A DNA stretch of 64,000 nucleotides from Candidatus Norongarragalinales archaeon (GTDB taxonomy: Archaea > Micrarchaeota > Micrarchaeia > Norongarragalinales > Norongarragalinaceae). Numbering within the stretch: position 1 is the first letter of the stretch; every line of letters starts with the position of its first letter. The position numbers and the translations under genes were made by a program. This document shows, piece by piece, positions 53,121 to 63,100 of the stretch. Below the pieces are notes generated by a model. It did not search any database. It worked only from the letters and a program-made list of their open reading frames with translations, and was not told where the DNA came from. The DNA is taken from assembly GCA_038884755.1 (NCBI GenBank), contig JAWABJ010000001.1, positions 153,792 to 217,791 of the forward strand, in the 5' to 3' direction.

Positions 53121-54640
53121 GCTTTCATCCTCTTGCTTTCGCTTTCGTCGTTGAAGTCAAGTATTTTCAAGGCGCCCGTGCGAATGTCGTAGACCGGCAT
53201 GAGGCAAGGCGTGGGTTTCCTGCCCATGCTTTTCTGGTAGTCGGTTTCGCCTTGCCACGTTCCCGAGTTTATTATTACCGTGCCGTTGTAGTCGAACGAA
53301 GCGTTCTTGTGCACGTGCCCGAAGTGGAAAATGTCCGGCACTTCTTCCACGACCATCCCGTCTTCCGGCGAGGGGACTATTGGCTTTTCGCCGTAAGTGG
53401 GGCACAAGTGCCTGCGGCGGAGAATTTCAACCGCCACTTTTTCCGGATGGTCGAAAGCGTCGCCCAGCTTTTGCGAGTTGGAAACAAGCGCGTCGAACGA
53501 AGTGCCGTGGTATACGAGGATTTTCAGCCCGTGCACGCGCAGGAGGCACGGGTTGGGAATGAAGCGGATGTTTTCCTGGTTGAGCTCGTGCACGAATTCG
53601 TTTGGAAGGGTGGGCTGGGGTTCGGCGTCGCGCACCGCGTCGTGGTTGCCAGGGCAAATCACGACTTGAATGTCATTAGGAATTTTCTTGAGGTATTGAG
53701 AAAGCAAAGAATATTGTTCAAAAATGTTTTTCGTGACGAGCTGCTTTTCCTGCGAAGGGTATACGCCTACGCCGTCGACAACGTCGCCCGCGATTATCAC
53801 GTAGCGAATTGTTTTTGCTATACGCCGTTCTTCCTCGCTTCCCGTTCCGTTGAGGAACGCCAACGCTTTTTCAAAGCGGTCTTCCAGAAAATATTTGCTT
53901 CCCACGTGCAAGTCGCTCAAGAACGCTATGCTGGCTTCTCCTTCAACCTGCACTGTTTTCTTCTGCCGCATGGGCACTCCCGGCCACACCACGTTTTCGA
54001 CGAGGAACAGTCCTTGCGAGTAGACGCCGTCGACCGCTACCACGTCGTCCAGCCACAGTTCTTGGGCTTTTTCCATGGCGGGCTTGTTCTGCTGCGCTAC
54101 GCAAGTCATCACGCCAGTCTCGTCTTCGATTTCGAACCGCAAATTCCCTTTCTTGGTCACGCCCTTGCTTCCAACCATGCCGATTATTCTGGATTTCCTG
54201 CGTTCAAGCGCGCCTTTAGCGTGTTCTATCGAAATCACGCCGTTCGCTGCCGAAACCCTGTTTTTAAGTATGCTTGAAAGCTTGTGGAATCTGTTGCGGA
54301 AGTGCGCGATGAAGTCTTCGACAGTTCCGTCGCAGTCGAATTTCTTGAACGGGGGGATTTCCAGGGAATGCACGAACCCGTTCTCGCGCGCCGGAGAGGG
54401 CGCGTACTGCCTTTTTTCTACCTGCACTATCGCCTGCCCGGCTTTCTTCCCCTGGTTTTTTTCCGACACGATTTCGCCTACCGACGCCAGGGTTATGACC
54501 GGCTGCTTTTTTTCTTCCGCCTTGCTCTCAGCTTCCAGCAGGATTTCAAGCGCTTCATCTTGCGGCATTGCGGCGAGTTTTTCCAAAACTCCGCTTTCCA
54601 GTAGTAGCTTCCTCTGCTTCACCACCTGCCTCAAATCCAC
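53117..54640 (-). CDS. polB: DNA polymerase II (PolD) small subunit DP1 (calcineurin-like phosphoesterase)
   Basis: 507 aa with an OB-like N-terminal region and phosphoesterase motifs FLSDLHVGS, IIAGDVVDG, GNHD and GHVH. Confidence 0.85.
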   Translation of the reverse strand: MDLRQVVKQRKLLLESGVLEKLAAMPQDEALEILLEAESKAEEKKQPVITLASVGEIVSEKNQGKKAGQAIVQVEKRQYAPSPARENGFVHSLEIPPFKKFDCDGTVEDFIAHFRNRFHKLSSILKNRVSAANGVISIEHAKGALERRKSRIIGMVGSKGVTKKGNLRFEIEDETGVMTCVAQQNKPAMEKAQELWLDDVVAVDGVYSQGLFLVENVVWPGVPMRQKKTVQVEGEASIAFLSDLHVGSKYFLEDRFEKALAFLNGTGSEEERRIAKTIRYVIIAGDVVDGVGVYPSQEKQLVTKNIFEQYSLLSQYLKKIPNDIQVVICPGNHDAVRDAEPQPTLPNEFVHELNQENIRFIPNPCLLRVHGLKILVYHGTSFDALVSNSQKLGDAFDHPEKVAVEILRRRHLCPTYGEKPIVPSPEDGMVVEEVPDIFHFGHVHKNASFDYNGTVIINSGTWQGETDYQKSMGRKPTPCLMPVYDIRTGALKILDFNDESESKRMKA

Positions 54641-54793
54641 CGGAACACCCTTCGCGCAGCATTGCGCCTAGCCGTCTGTATAGCAAAAAAGCCTTCTTGC
54701 CTTAATCTCAATCTCACGATGGAATTTATTTCTTTTGCAACGCGCGCGTATCACAACTTTTTTAAGAGCGGTTTTACTGATGAAAGCGGGTGA

Positions 54794-56221
54794 ATGGGTA
54801 AAGTGGGCCTGGAAAACTCTAAGCTTATTGCGGCGTTTGCCCTTGCGCTATTGGCAATCCCGTTTTCCCACGCGGTTGAAAACTGCGCGGACTTGATACG
54901 CTTCGGCTACTCGTCGAGTGCCATAATGCCCATTTACGGGCAGGACGTTTCGCCAGGCGGCGCGGTGGTTGCGGTAGTGTCGCTCAAACCCGTGGCTTTC
55001 TATTTGGGCGAAAACGGCTATGCCGAGTATTTCTTCACGGCTTTGGAAGACCAGTACCAGGGAGGAAAGCAGCTGATGGCCATAGGCGACGTGTTTTACA
55101 GGCACGAGAATACCACTGGGTTCAACAACACTTACTTCCGCAAGGCAAAGCAAAAGCCAGTTTACGTCGAGAGCGGGGACGAATTCACGATAGAATTCCA
55201 GCCGGACTTCAAGCTAGAATACAAAGACCGTTCTTTCACCACGGGCGTGCTGAGGTTTTCTTCCACGAAGCCCATCGCCTTTGGAGCGGGATACGGGTTC
55301 GGAGACAGTGTGATTGCGCTTGCAGAAACGCTTGACCCGCTGGTCGCAGAGTTCAAGCGCGGGAGCATTTTCCTTGAATCCAAAGACGGGCTGGTTTACG
55401 TGCCTGACGGGAGAGTGCGGTTCGTAGGCTCTTGCACCGCCTCGTGCTCCGACCCGGACGTTACGGATTATTACTCCAACGCCACTTGCAAGTCCACCCT
55501 CGTCGACGGAAGCGATTACTGCCTAAGCGAGAGCGAGCTCGTGGAATTTTCGTGTTCTTTCCAAAACAACTGCGCCCCGAAGCAGTTCTCTTGCCCGTTC
55601 GGGTGCAAGGATGGCAAGTGCATTACCGGCGAGAAAGCGAAGTGCGAAGATTCCGACGGACTGAACTTAGCGCAGAGGGGAAGGACTTCCGGAAACTACC
55701 CCAACGGATCGAAATTCTCGTTTCTCGACGAGTGTTCCGGAAGCACGAAGCTCATTGAATACTACTGCACTGAAGAAAAGGTTTTGAAGAAAAACGTTTT
55801 GGAATGCAACGGCGGCTCGTGCGAGGACGGAGCTTGCGTTCCAGTGCCTACTGTTGCCGAGTGTTCCGACACCGACGGCGGGAGGGATTACGAAACTTCT
55901 GGCGTTTGCTCGGATTCCTCGGGAAGCTACCCCGACTCTTGTGCTGAAAGCTCGGTGGTGGAATACTATTGTGAATCCGGCTACTGCAAAACCATAGTTT
56001 CCCCGTGCTCGCAGTGCTCGGAAAACGCGTGCTCGAAAAGCGAACTCGTCCCAACGTCGAACACTGCACTGTTCGCAATCGTGGTTTTGGCTGTCGCAGT
56101 CTTGGCTTTCGCCCTCAGCATGCGCGGGAGGCGCAAGGAAACGCTGGCTTCGGAAATAGAAAAGATAAGCTACGAAGTTCCCAAGCCGCCGGCGTTCAAG
56201 AAAAGCGGAAAGAAAAAATAA
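54794..56221 (+). CDS. secreted Cys-rich protein with three ~55-aa CxDxDGG-type modules and C-terminal TM anchor plus K-rich cytoplasmic tail
   Basis: 475 aa with a signal/TM at the N-terminus. The modules are CSDPDVTDYYSNATC..., CEDSDGLNLAQRG...EYYCTEEK..., and CSDTDGGRDYETSGVCSDSSGSYPDSC...EYYCESGYC.... The TM is LFAIVVLAVAVLAFALSMRGRRK. Confidence 0.6.
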   Translation: MGKVGLENSKLIAAFALALLAIPFSHAVENCADLIRFGYSSSAIMPIYGQDVSPGGAVVAVVSLKPVAFYLGENGYAEYFFTALEDQYQGGKQLMAIGDVFYRHENTTGFNNTYFRKAKQKPVYVESGDEFTIEFQPDFKLEYKDRSFTTGVLRFSSTKPIAFGAGYGFGDSVIALAETLDPLVAEFKRGSIFLESKDGLVYVPDGRVRFVGSCTASCSDPDVTDYYSNATCKSTLVDGSDYCLSESELVEFSCSFQNNCAPKQFSCPFGCKDGKCITGEKAKCEDSDGLNLAQRGRTSGNYPNGSKFSFLDECSGSTKLIEYYCTEEKVLKKNVLECNGGSCEDGACVPVPTVAECSDTDGGRDYETSGVCSDSSGSYPDSCAESSVVEYYCESGYCKTIVSPCSQCSENACSKSELVPTSNTALFAIVVLAVAVLAFALSMRGRRKETLASEIEKISYEVPKPPAFKKSGKKK

Positions 56222-56266
56222 GCACAACCCCCACGTGGGTTTGGAGCAGGTAGGACGCAAAACTTT

Positions 56267-56542
56267 TTATCTTTCCTTGAGCGCTTCCAGTTCGCTGAGC
56301 AAATTCCATACCATGGTCCTGCCGTGCATGGGCAGGTTGATGTCGTTGCTTATCTCGTCCAACGCGTAAATCGCGCCGCTTACTGCGGTCGCAATATCCT
56401 CTTCTTTTTCCAGCCTTTCCTTGGCGAGGGAAATGTTGGTGCGCACGTTGCGCGGGATGCTCGTGTCCTGCAGTAGCCCGTCCAATAGGGGAATGAGCTT
56501 CTGTAACTCGGGATTTGCCGCCATGAGACACACCGTTTCCAT
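56267..56542 (-). CDS. UPF0147-family small archaeal protein
   Basis: 91 aa ...DTSIPRNVRTNISLAKERL...AIYALDEISNDINLPMHGRTMVWNLLSELEAL matches the UPF0147 pattern (PRNIRR...EMS.DPN.P.H.RT.IW...SELE). Confidence 0.55.
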   Translation of the reverse strand: METVCLMAANPELQKLIPLLDGLLQDTSIPRNVRTNISLAKERLEKEEDIATAVSGAIYALDEISNDINLPMHGRTMVWNLLSELEALKER

Positions 56543-56625
56543 CCAACCGACGTTTTCGTTTGAAAATAGCTTGCGCTTGTTTGCTACTCTTTTTGTGCAG
56601 GCACTCTTTTAATTGGTTCGCAAAG

Positions 56626-56701
56626 CGGGCCCGCCGCGATTTGAACGCGGGACCTTCCGCTTAGGAGGCAGATGCTCTCTTCCAGGCTGAGCTACGGGCC
56701 C
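56626..56701 (-). tRNA. tRNA-Arg (anticodon CCT), intron-less
   Basis: The reverse complement reads GGGCCCG-TA-GCTC-AGCCTGGAAGA-GAGC-A-TCTGC-CTCCTAA-GCGGA-AGGTC-CCGCG-TTCAAAT-CGCGG-CGGGCCC-G. Confidence 0.85.
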
Positions 56702-56760
56702 AAACTTTCTTTTTCGCAAAAAGAAAGTTTGATCAAAGAAAAACGACGCAAAGAAAAACC
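56702..56760 (+). repeat. hairpin-family copy abutting the 5' end of tRNA-Arg(CCT), about 70 nt upstream of the antiporter gene
   Basis: AAACTTTCTTTTTCGCAAAAAGAAAGTTT, followed by GATCAAAGAAAAACG and ACGCAAAGAAAAACC. Confidence 0.75.
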
Positions 56761-56826
56761 AAAGGGAATTCCAGCCTATAAGAAACATGGCGGTTGGTTT
56801 TTATTTGCTTTTTGAATTCTGTATTC

Positions 56827-58890
56827 ATGCTAGCCGCCGAAGCCACGCAAATCCCGATAGTAGAAATAGGCGTGATAGTCTTGGCGGCGCTGTTTTTCGG
56901 GATAATCGCCTCGCGATTGCGCCTTCCCACTTCCATAGGCTACATAATTGCAGGCTTTCTCCTCGGCCCCCAAGTTTTTCATTTCCTGACGCCGAACGAG
57001 GGTATCGCGCAGCTGTTCGGCGAAATAGGCCTTTTGCTCTTGCTTTTCTATCTGGGTTTGGAATTGAGCATAAAGAAATTCAAGGAAAGCGGCGCCTTGG
57101 CGTCCATAATAGCTTTCGTTGAAATGGGAATACCATTTTTGTTCTCTTTCCTCGTTGCACTCGCGTTCGGCTTTGGCTTTACCGAAGCGCTGGTCATAGG
57201 CGCGATGCTCACTGCGACAAGCACGGTCATGGTAACGAAATTCATGTTCGACCGGCGCATAGAAAAGGAGCCTGAATCGAGGCTGGGGATTTCCATTCTC
57301 GTCGTCGAAGACTTTTTCGCCATTCTCGTTTTGGCTTTCCTGTTCAGCATTTCCAACGCCGTTTCGTTCAAGCAAACGCTCTTGAATGGCGTTCTTTTCG
57401 TTGTCGCGATGTTTTTCGTCGTAAGCCGCGTCACGCGCTTCGTATCGAGCTTTTTCGAGCGGCACGGGAAGACGAGCGTAATGACGCTCTTCGCCTTGGG
57501 CGTGGGCATAATGGTCGCCTACTTCAGCTCTTACCTCGGGCTTACCATAGCGTTGGGCGCCTACTTCGCGGGTTTTGCGCTGACCGAAACGCCTTTCGGC
57601 GAGAGGGTGAAAAAGGAAATTGGCTTCATGCGCGAGTTTTTCATACTCTTCTTTTTCGTTGGCTTTGGAACTACGGTAACCACACCTTCTTCCGGCTCGC
57701 TCGTCCTAGTCTTCGCTCTAGTGGCTTTCTACATCCTCGCTAAAATCATCGCCTACGGGTTTTTCGCGACGGCGTTCGGCTTGGGCATGAACTCGGCAAT
57801 AAAGCTCGGCATGATGATGATTCCCATAGGCGAGTTCAGTCTGATAATCGCGGCGGCTTCCGCGCCTTTCATGCGCAATGCCGGCGAAATAATCTCTATA
57901 GCGTTCCTCCTCACTATAGTTTCCACGCTGATTTCTCCCGTGCTTTTCGACAATTCCAAGCGCATAGCTGAATTAGTGTCGTCGTTGTACCCGAAAAAAC
58001 TGCGCAAGTCGATAAACGCCTTGGGAAAGGAACTGCATTCGCTGGAAAAAGTTTCGCAAAACCCCGCGTTCCAAAACGAATTATCGCGGGCTTTGGAAAG
58101 CTTCGTTTTGAATTCGGTAGTGGCGTTGGCGATAGTCTACATGAGCTTCCTCGCTTCTTTCAACGTCGACCTGAGCTTCATTCCTTTCCTCCCTCCGGAA
58201 ATTTCCATCAACGTCTTGATACTGCCTTTAGTTTTCTGGCCAATATACAAGGCAATCAATGACTTGAAGTTCATCGCTTACTCCGCAGTCTCGCAGTGGT
58301 CACGCCAGCACTTTCCGTACTGGAAGAGGCACCACGACGCGGGTATTGCCGCGTCGGAAATAATCACTTCTTTCGTCCTTACACTGGCGGGTGTTTTCGC
58401 GTGCTTTCTCTTCTACTTTACTAGCACCGAGCTCTTGCTTGTCCCCCTTCTTTTCACGCTGCTCGCGCTCATGTACTTGAGCAAGAGCATTTACTCGCTG
58501 TTCGAACAGGCGGAAGATTTACAGGCGGTTGCCGAAAGCGGCGGCGTTTCGGGAAAGGAAGTGCTTTCCTTGAGCAGGGAACTGCGGATGCGCGCTCAGA
58601 AAATCGCCGAGTTGAACGAAGAGCGCGAAAAATCCTTGAGGGAAATCCGCGCGGCGCTGGGCGCGGGGAAAATGGCGAAAGCGCGCTCGGAAATGCAGCA
58701 CTTCAAAAAGCGCGAGGCGGCAATCCTGGCAAAACTCGAAGGCGCGGAAAAACGATTGGAAAAGAAAGAATTCGCCGCGCTTTCGCGCGAGGAGACTGCC
58801 ACGAAAAAAGCGCTGGAAAGTTATTTCCTTAAGCAAGCCCCGCGCATCCTAGGCGAAAAGCGCAAGTCTTCGAAAAAGCCCAAGCGTTGA
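56827..58890 (+). CDS. monovalent cation:proton antiporter (CPA2/Kef-like) with extra C-terminal TM plus coiled-coil extension
   Basis: An N-terminal region of about 380 aa with 12-13 TM (GYIIAGFLLGP...LLLFYLGLELS). C-terminal added helices and a K/E/R-rich coiled coil follow. Confidence 0.7.
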   Translation: MLAAEATQIPIVEIGVIVLAALFFGIIASRLRLPTSIGYIIAGFLLGPQVFHFLTPNEGIAQLFGEIGLLLLLFYLGLELSIKKFKESGALASIIAFVEMGIPFLFSFLVALAFGFGFTEALVIGAMLTATSTVMVTKFMFDRRIEKEPESRLGISILVVEDFFAILVLAFLFSISNAVSFKQTLLNGVLFVVAMFFVVSRVTRFVSSFFERHGKTSVMTLFALGVGIMVAYFSSYLGLTIALGAYFAGFALTETPFGERVKKEIGFMREFFILFFFVGFGTTVTTPSSGSLVLVFALVAFYILAKIIAYGFFATAFGLGMNSAIKLGMMMIPIGEFSLIIAAASAPFMRNAGEIISIAFLLTIVSTLISPVLFDNSKRIAELVSSLYPKKLRKSINALGKELHSLEKVSQNPAFQNELSRALESFVLNSVVALAIVYMSFLASFNVDLSFIPFLPPEISINVLILPLVFWPIYKAINDLKFIAYSAVSQWSRQHFPYWKRHHDAGIAASEIITSFVLTLAGVFACFLFYFTSTELLLVPLLFTLLALMYLSKSIYSLFEQAEDLQAVAESGGVSGKEVLSLSRELRMRAQKIAELNEEREKSLREIRAALGAGKMAKARSEMQHFKKREAAILAKLEGAEKRLEKKEFAALSREETATKKALESYFLKQAPRILGEKRKSSKKPKR

Positions 58891-58921
58891 ACTAATAAAC
58901 TCCAGTGAACAAAATTTTGTT

Positions 58922-58978
58922 TAGTGATGATAACTGAACAACCTCTGAACCGATGATGAGGCTGATAGCGTCTGATCC
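58922..58978 (+). ncRNA. candidate C/D box sRNA (2'-O-methylation guide)
   Basis: C box GTGATGA (58924-30); D' CTGA (58945-48); C' TGATGA (58954-59); D box CTGA (58972-75). The D guide is GGCTGATAGCGT (12 nt) and the D' guide TAACTGAACAACCT. It is intergenic, and nop5/flpA are present in the window. Confidence 0.45.
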
Positions 58979-59051
58979 AGGAGAAACTACGTTTCTCCCT
59001 GGAACCCTCTTCCTGCGACGAAATTAATACTCCCGACTTCATTCTTTTTTC

Positions 59052-59744
59052 ATGCCGGATTTTGACCAACAGGAAATTTGGGAGAAAGAGCATTCCAAAC
59101 CCTTAGTCTTGCCTCAGATGAGTAAAGAAGATGCTTCTGGGGGTGTTGTCGAATTCTACTCATGGCTTGCAAGAAATAGTCTTACAAGCGAATTGTCTGG
59201 AGTAGAAATGGGGTGTGGAAAGGGAAGAAACTGCTTGTGGTTGGCAAAACAAGGAGTCAAAATGACTGGTTTCGACTTTTCGAAAAATGCAATTTCAGAA
59301 GCTCGAAAAAAAGCTGGAAAAACGGGCTTACAGAATGCGTTTTTTTTAGTTCACGATGCCACCAAAAAATGGCCTTTCGATAACGAGGCTTTCGACATTG
59401 GTATAGACTGCTTTGCATCAACCGACATAGATTCTCTTGAAGGAAGAACCTTCGCGAGGGATGAATTCAAGCGAGTAATCAAGAAAAGCGGCTTTCTGCT
59501 CGTGTATACACTCTCGACTGACGACGAATTTCACAAGCAAATGGTTGAAGAATATCCTGCAGGAGAAAGGAACAGTTTCAGGCATCCGCAAACCGGAAAA
59601 TTCGAGAAAATATTCGACAGAAACGAGATTTTTGATTTTTACCGAAATTTCAAACTAATCGAAGAGTGCAGGATAGAGAAGGATGAGGTCTTTTTTGGAA
59701 AAAGCTATCGATGCAAGCATTTTTGGCTGGTATTTCAAAAGTAG
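59052..59744 (+). CDS. class I SAM-dependent methyltransferase in an AT-rich islet
   Basis: Motif I VEMGCGKGRNCLWLA, followed by an acidic post-I residue (GFDFS). Local GC is visibly lower than the flanks. Confidence 0.7.
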   Translation: MPDFDQQEIWEKEHSKPLVLPQMSKEDASGGVVEFYSWLARNSLTSELSGVEMGCGKGRNCLWLAKQGVKMTGFDFSKNAISEARKKAGKTGLQNAFFLVHDATKKWPFDNEAFDIGIDCFASTDIDSLEGRTFARDEFKRVIKKSGFLLVYTLSTDDEFHKQMVEEYPAGERNSFRHPQTGKFEKIFDRNEIFDFYRNFKLIEECRIEKDEVFFGKSYRCKHFWLVFQK

Positions 59745-59758
59745 GTCTTTGTGGTTAA

Positions 59759-60040
59759 ATGCACTACCGGATTTTGGTTGAAGGCAGGGTGCAGGGCGTC
59801 GGGTATAGGGCTTTCGTGAAAAGCGCCGCCTGCGCGCTGGGAGTAAAAGGTTTTGTTCGTAATTTGGAAGACGGGCGGGTGGAAATAAACTGCGAGTGCG
59901 GCGAGAGCGTTTTGAAAGATTTTTTGAAGAAACTCGAGCGCAAGAGCGAAGGCTTCGCCGGAATTCACGTTGAGCGGCTGGCTGTGGAAAAAACCGCTTC
60001 CCCTCGAGAAGGCTTTTCTTCGTTCGAAATACGGTTTTGA
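59759..60040 (+). CDS. acyP: acylphosphatase
   Basis: 93 aa beginning [16 protein letters not shown]...[13 protein letters not shown], the canonical acylphosphatase signatures. Confidence 0.85.
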   Translation: MHYRILVEGRVQGVGYRAFVKSAACALGVKGFVRNLEDGRVEINCECGESVLKDFLKKLERKSEGFAGIHVERLAVEKTASPREGFSSFEIRF

Positions 60041-60119
60041 GTCTTTTTTTGCGCAAGAACTGGTTTTTATACCTCGGCAATTACGTTTATCTTAACGGTT
60101 TTTCCACGGAGGGGATTCG

Positions 60120-63100
60120 GTGCAGGAACGCGCGTTTTTCGCCTTGTTTTCGATTATGATTTTGAGCGGGCTTGTTTTCGCCGCCTCTTCCACGCCAATC
60201 CCCGAAAAAAAGCTTTTCGAAACCAACGACATGCTGTCAGTCCAGTTTCCGCAAAGCGCCTCGTACGAAATCAAGGACGGGAACAAGCTTTACTTCAACG
60301 AGCCGGTAAAAGAAGTTTACCTGCATTATTTCTCGGGCGGAAGCGAAACGAGGCAGACGCTTTACAAGGTCGGGCGCATTGATGTTTGGCCGAAATTCGA
60401 AATGCTGGTTTTCGACAACACTTCGCAGTCGACGATGGTCGTTTTGAAAGACAAGCGCACGACTGTGCAGACGGCCGTGCGCTTCAGGGCGGTTTTCTAC
60501 GAAACTTCCGTTTCTTCTGCAGCACCAGCGCAGGACTCTCCGGTCACAACCCCTTCCGCAGTCTGTCCTTTCGTTTACGGGTTTAAGAAAGACGGGGCAA
60601 TAGCCGGCTTCAGGCTCAGCGACAACGGAACCGCTAAAGACCTGAAGACCGTGGTTTTCGGTGAAACGGATGCGGTCGATTACACCCTCCTGTGGCCTTC
60701 GGGCGAAAGCACGGTGAAGAAATTCAACGTAAAGAGAATAGAACTCTTGACTGCCACGCAAGGCAACGCGAAGAAGGAAGTTTCCGACACCAAAACCTCG
60801 TACTCGTTCGCTTCGCCCGTTATTATCCTGGTCACTCCCGAGAACGGGAAACAATTCGTGGCTGCAGTAAAGAAAATGACTTTCTCGTCCAAATCGAGCG
60901 TGGAAAAGGCGTTCCAGTTCGGCGCTCCTGACGTGGGCAACGTCAAGACCGAATACACTACCGGCGCTTTGGCAGTCCAATCGCGCGAAAAGCCGTTTTC
61001 GTTCAATTTGGTTGAAGACCAGCGGGTTTCTTCCTTCGACTGGGACCCTTCGAGCGCCTCGTGCTATCCAGTTTTCGTCGAGGGCGCGGAAAAGCCAGTT
61101 TGGGTGAGGGACTTGAGTTGGGAGAGCGCGCCTTCGTACGCCGGTTCGAGAGCCGGGAACGCGCAAGGCTGCGCCGCGCAGTTGGGAAGGTGCATTACCG
61201 AAACGACCGCCAACCTTTACAAGCTTAAGTTTTCTTCCGAAACTAAAGTCACGCTGGTTTCGTGCAACGTGCTTCAAGACAATCCCGTTGCGAAAGCCAA
61301 ACTCGGCGAAGTTGAATTCGATTTGGTCGCGCTGTTCGACAAGAAGCCCGAGTTCGTTTTCGACGGGGCTAAGTTCGAATTCAAGTATTCGTTCAGGCAA
61401 GGCAACGCGAAAGACTTCGGAATCAACAACGGCGTTTGGCACGTGGTTTACGACCCTGCTGCCTTCGATTACTACCACTCTTTGAACAAGAACGGCGGCG
61501 TGCCTTCTGCAGTGCCGCGCCACGAGGACGAGGCTTACGCGCCTCAAAACCACTACTGCCCTAGCGCCGGCGTGAATTCCTACACCCTAATGAACAGCGG
61601 GGATTATCTCGCCAGAATGTGGATTGCCGGCACGCAAGGCGATTTGGTTTTGAGCGAGAGCCTCGTGCGCTTGGTCCACTCCCCCTCCACCTTCGGCCAG
61701 TTCCTGCTCGCACACCGCTCTTCCGACGTTGTGCAGGAAAACTTCCAATTCCGCACGAACTACGTTGAAGCGCGGAACGCGCCGAAAGCGCTTTTGTTCA
61801 ACAATCTTTTATACTCGGTTTTTTCCTTGTCTCCAGCAACCTCCAGCTCTGCCGCCGGTTTCCTTGCAAGCGTAAAGGATGCTGCAACCAACAACGCGGT
61901 TTTAGACGTCGTGAATCCGGGCGCGTTCGGAAGCGTAGGAAAAATTTCTTTGAGGAACGTTTTCTACACCGGATACAAGATTTCCTTGAAATCAAAAGAC
62001 GACAAGTTTGAAGGGGTTGCTTTTACCATTCTCCAGCCAAAGTCTGCCGGAGCTCCAGGCGCCGATTGCGAATCTTCATTCTTCAACCCGTCGGCTCAGT
62101 CGAGCAAAAAGTGTTTTGACGCCGCGCCGTTCTGCTGGGGGTATTTGAGCGGCAGCGGAACTCCCTTCGGAAACTATCGCTGTTACCCTGTTTCCGCAGG
62201 CAACGGCTATCCTGCCGCGGACGCTTACGCATGCAAGGGAACGGTTTATTCCGACCTGAACGCGCAGACGCGAGAGCACGGGACCGTGTATTTGAAGTAC
62301 GCCGAAGGCAAAGGGCATTGCTCCAACAACCAGCGGGCTGAAGAGTTGATTAAAGACGGCAGTTGCAAGAAAACGCCTTTGGAAAACATTTCTTACGTCG
62401 TAACCAAAGACGGCAAGGAAATGACTTACAAAGTGAAAGTGCTGGACTGCTCTGCAAGGTATTCCGACGCGAACGCTGGCGGAGCCGGCGGTAGGGACAG
62501 GCCGCCTGCGGCCGGAACCGGAAGGGCGTCCATTCCCGCACTCGAATCTTCAGGCGGCCTTTCGGTGAAAACCCCCGCCCAGAAGGTGAAAGAATGCCGC
62601 AGCCAAGGCGCGGGCTTCGACTGCAGGAACGTGAACGCTTGCGACCCTGCCTCGATAAAACGCGGCTTGTGTCCGGGCGGTGACGACAACGTGTGCTGCA
62701 AGGCAAAAGGACAGGATTCCGAAAAGTGCGAAACCCTTCCTGTTTCCGAGTGCAAGAAACAACCTTCGTGCGAAGTGAAAAGCTCCGGAGGCGTAGATTC
62801 TTGCGTCCCGAAGGCGTCTTCCTCGGAAACTTGCGAAACCCTTTCACCCTCCGAATGCCGCAAGAATTCGAAGTGCGTGGTAATACCGACGACAACCTAC
62901 GGCAACGCTTGCATTTCGAAATCAAACGCACCGTCGTGCTCTTCGATAGGCGTTTCGCGATGTAGCTCGTACGAATACTGCGAGGTTATAGACACTACCT
63001 ACGGCAAAGCGTGCGTCGAAAAATCGGCTGCAACGCCGAAGCCTCCAAAAACCTGGAACCTGCCTGACGGCAAAACCTGTTCCGACATTCTCAAGCAACA

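Noticed and set aside
60237-61553. 438-aa minus-strand ORF within the 60120..63671 gene, and 62350..62931 (-)
   Set aside because: They are antisense to a coherent signal-peptide-bearing ORF with regular Cys modules; the compositions are Arg-rich and spurious.
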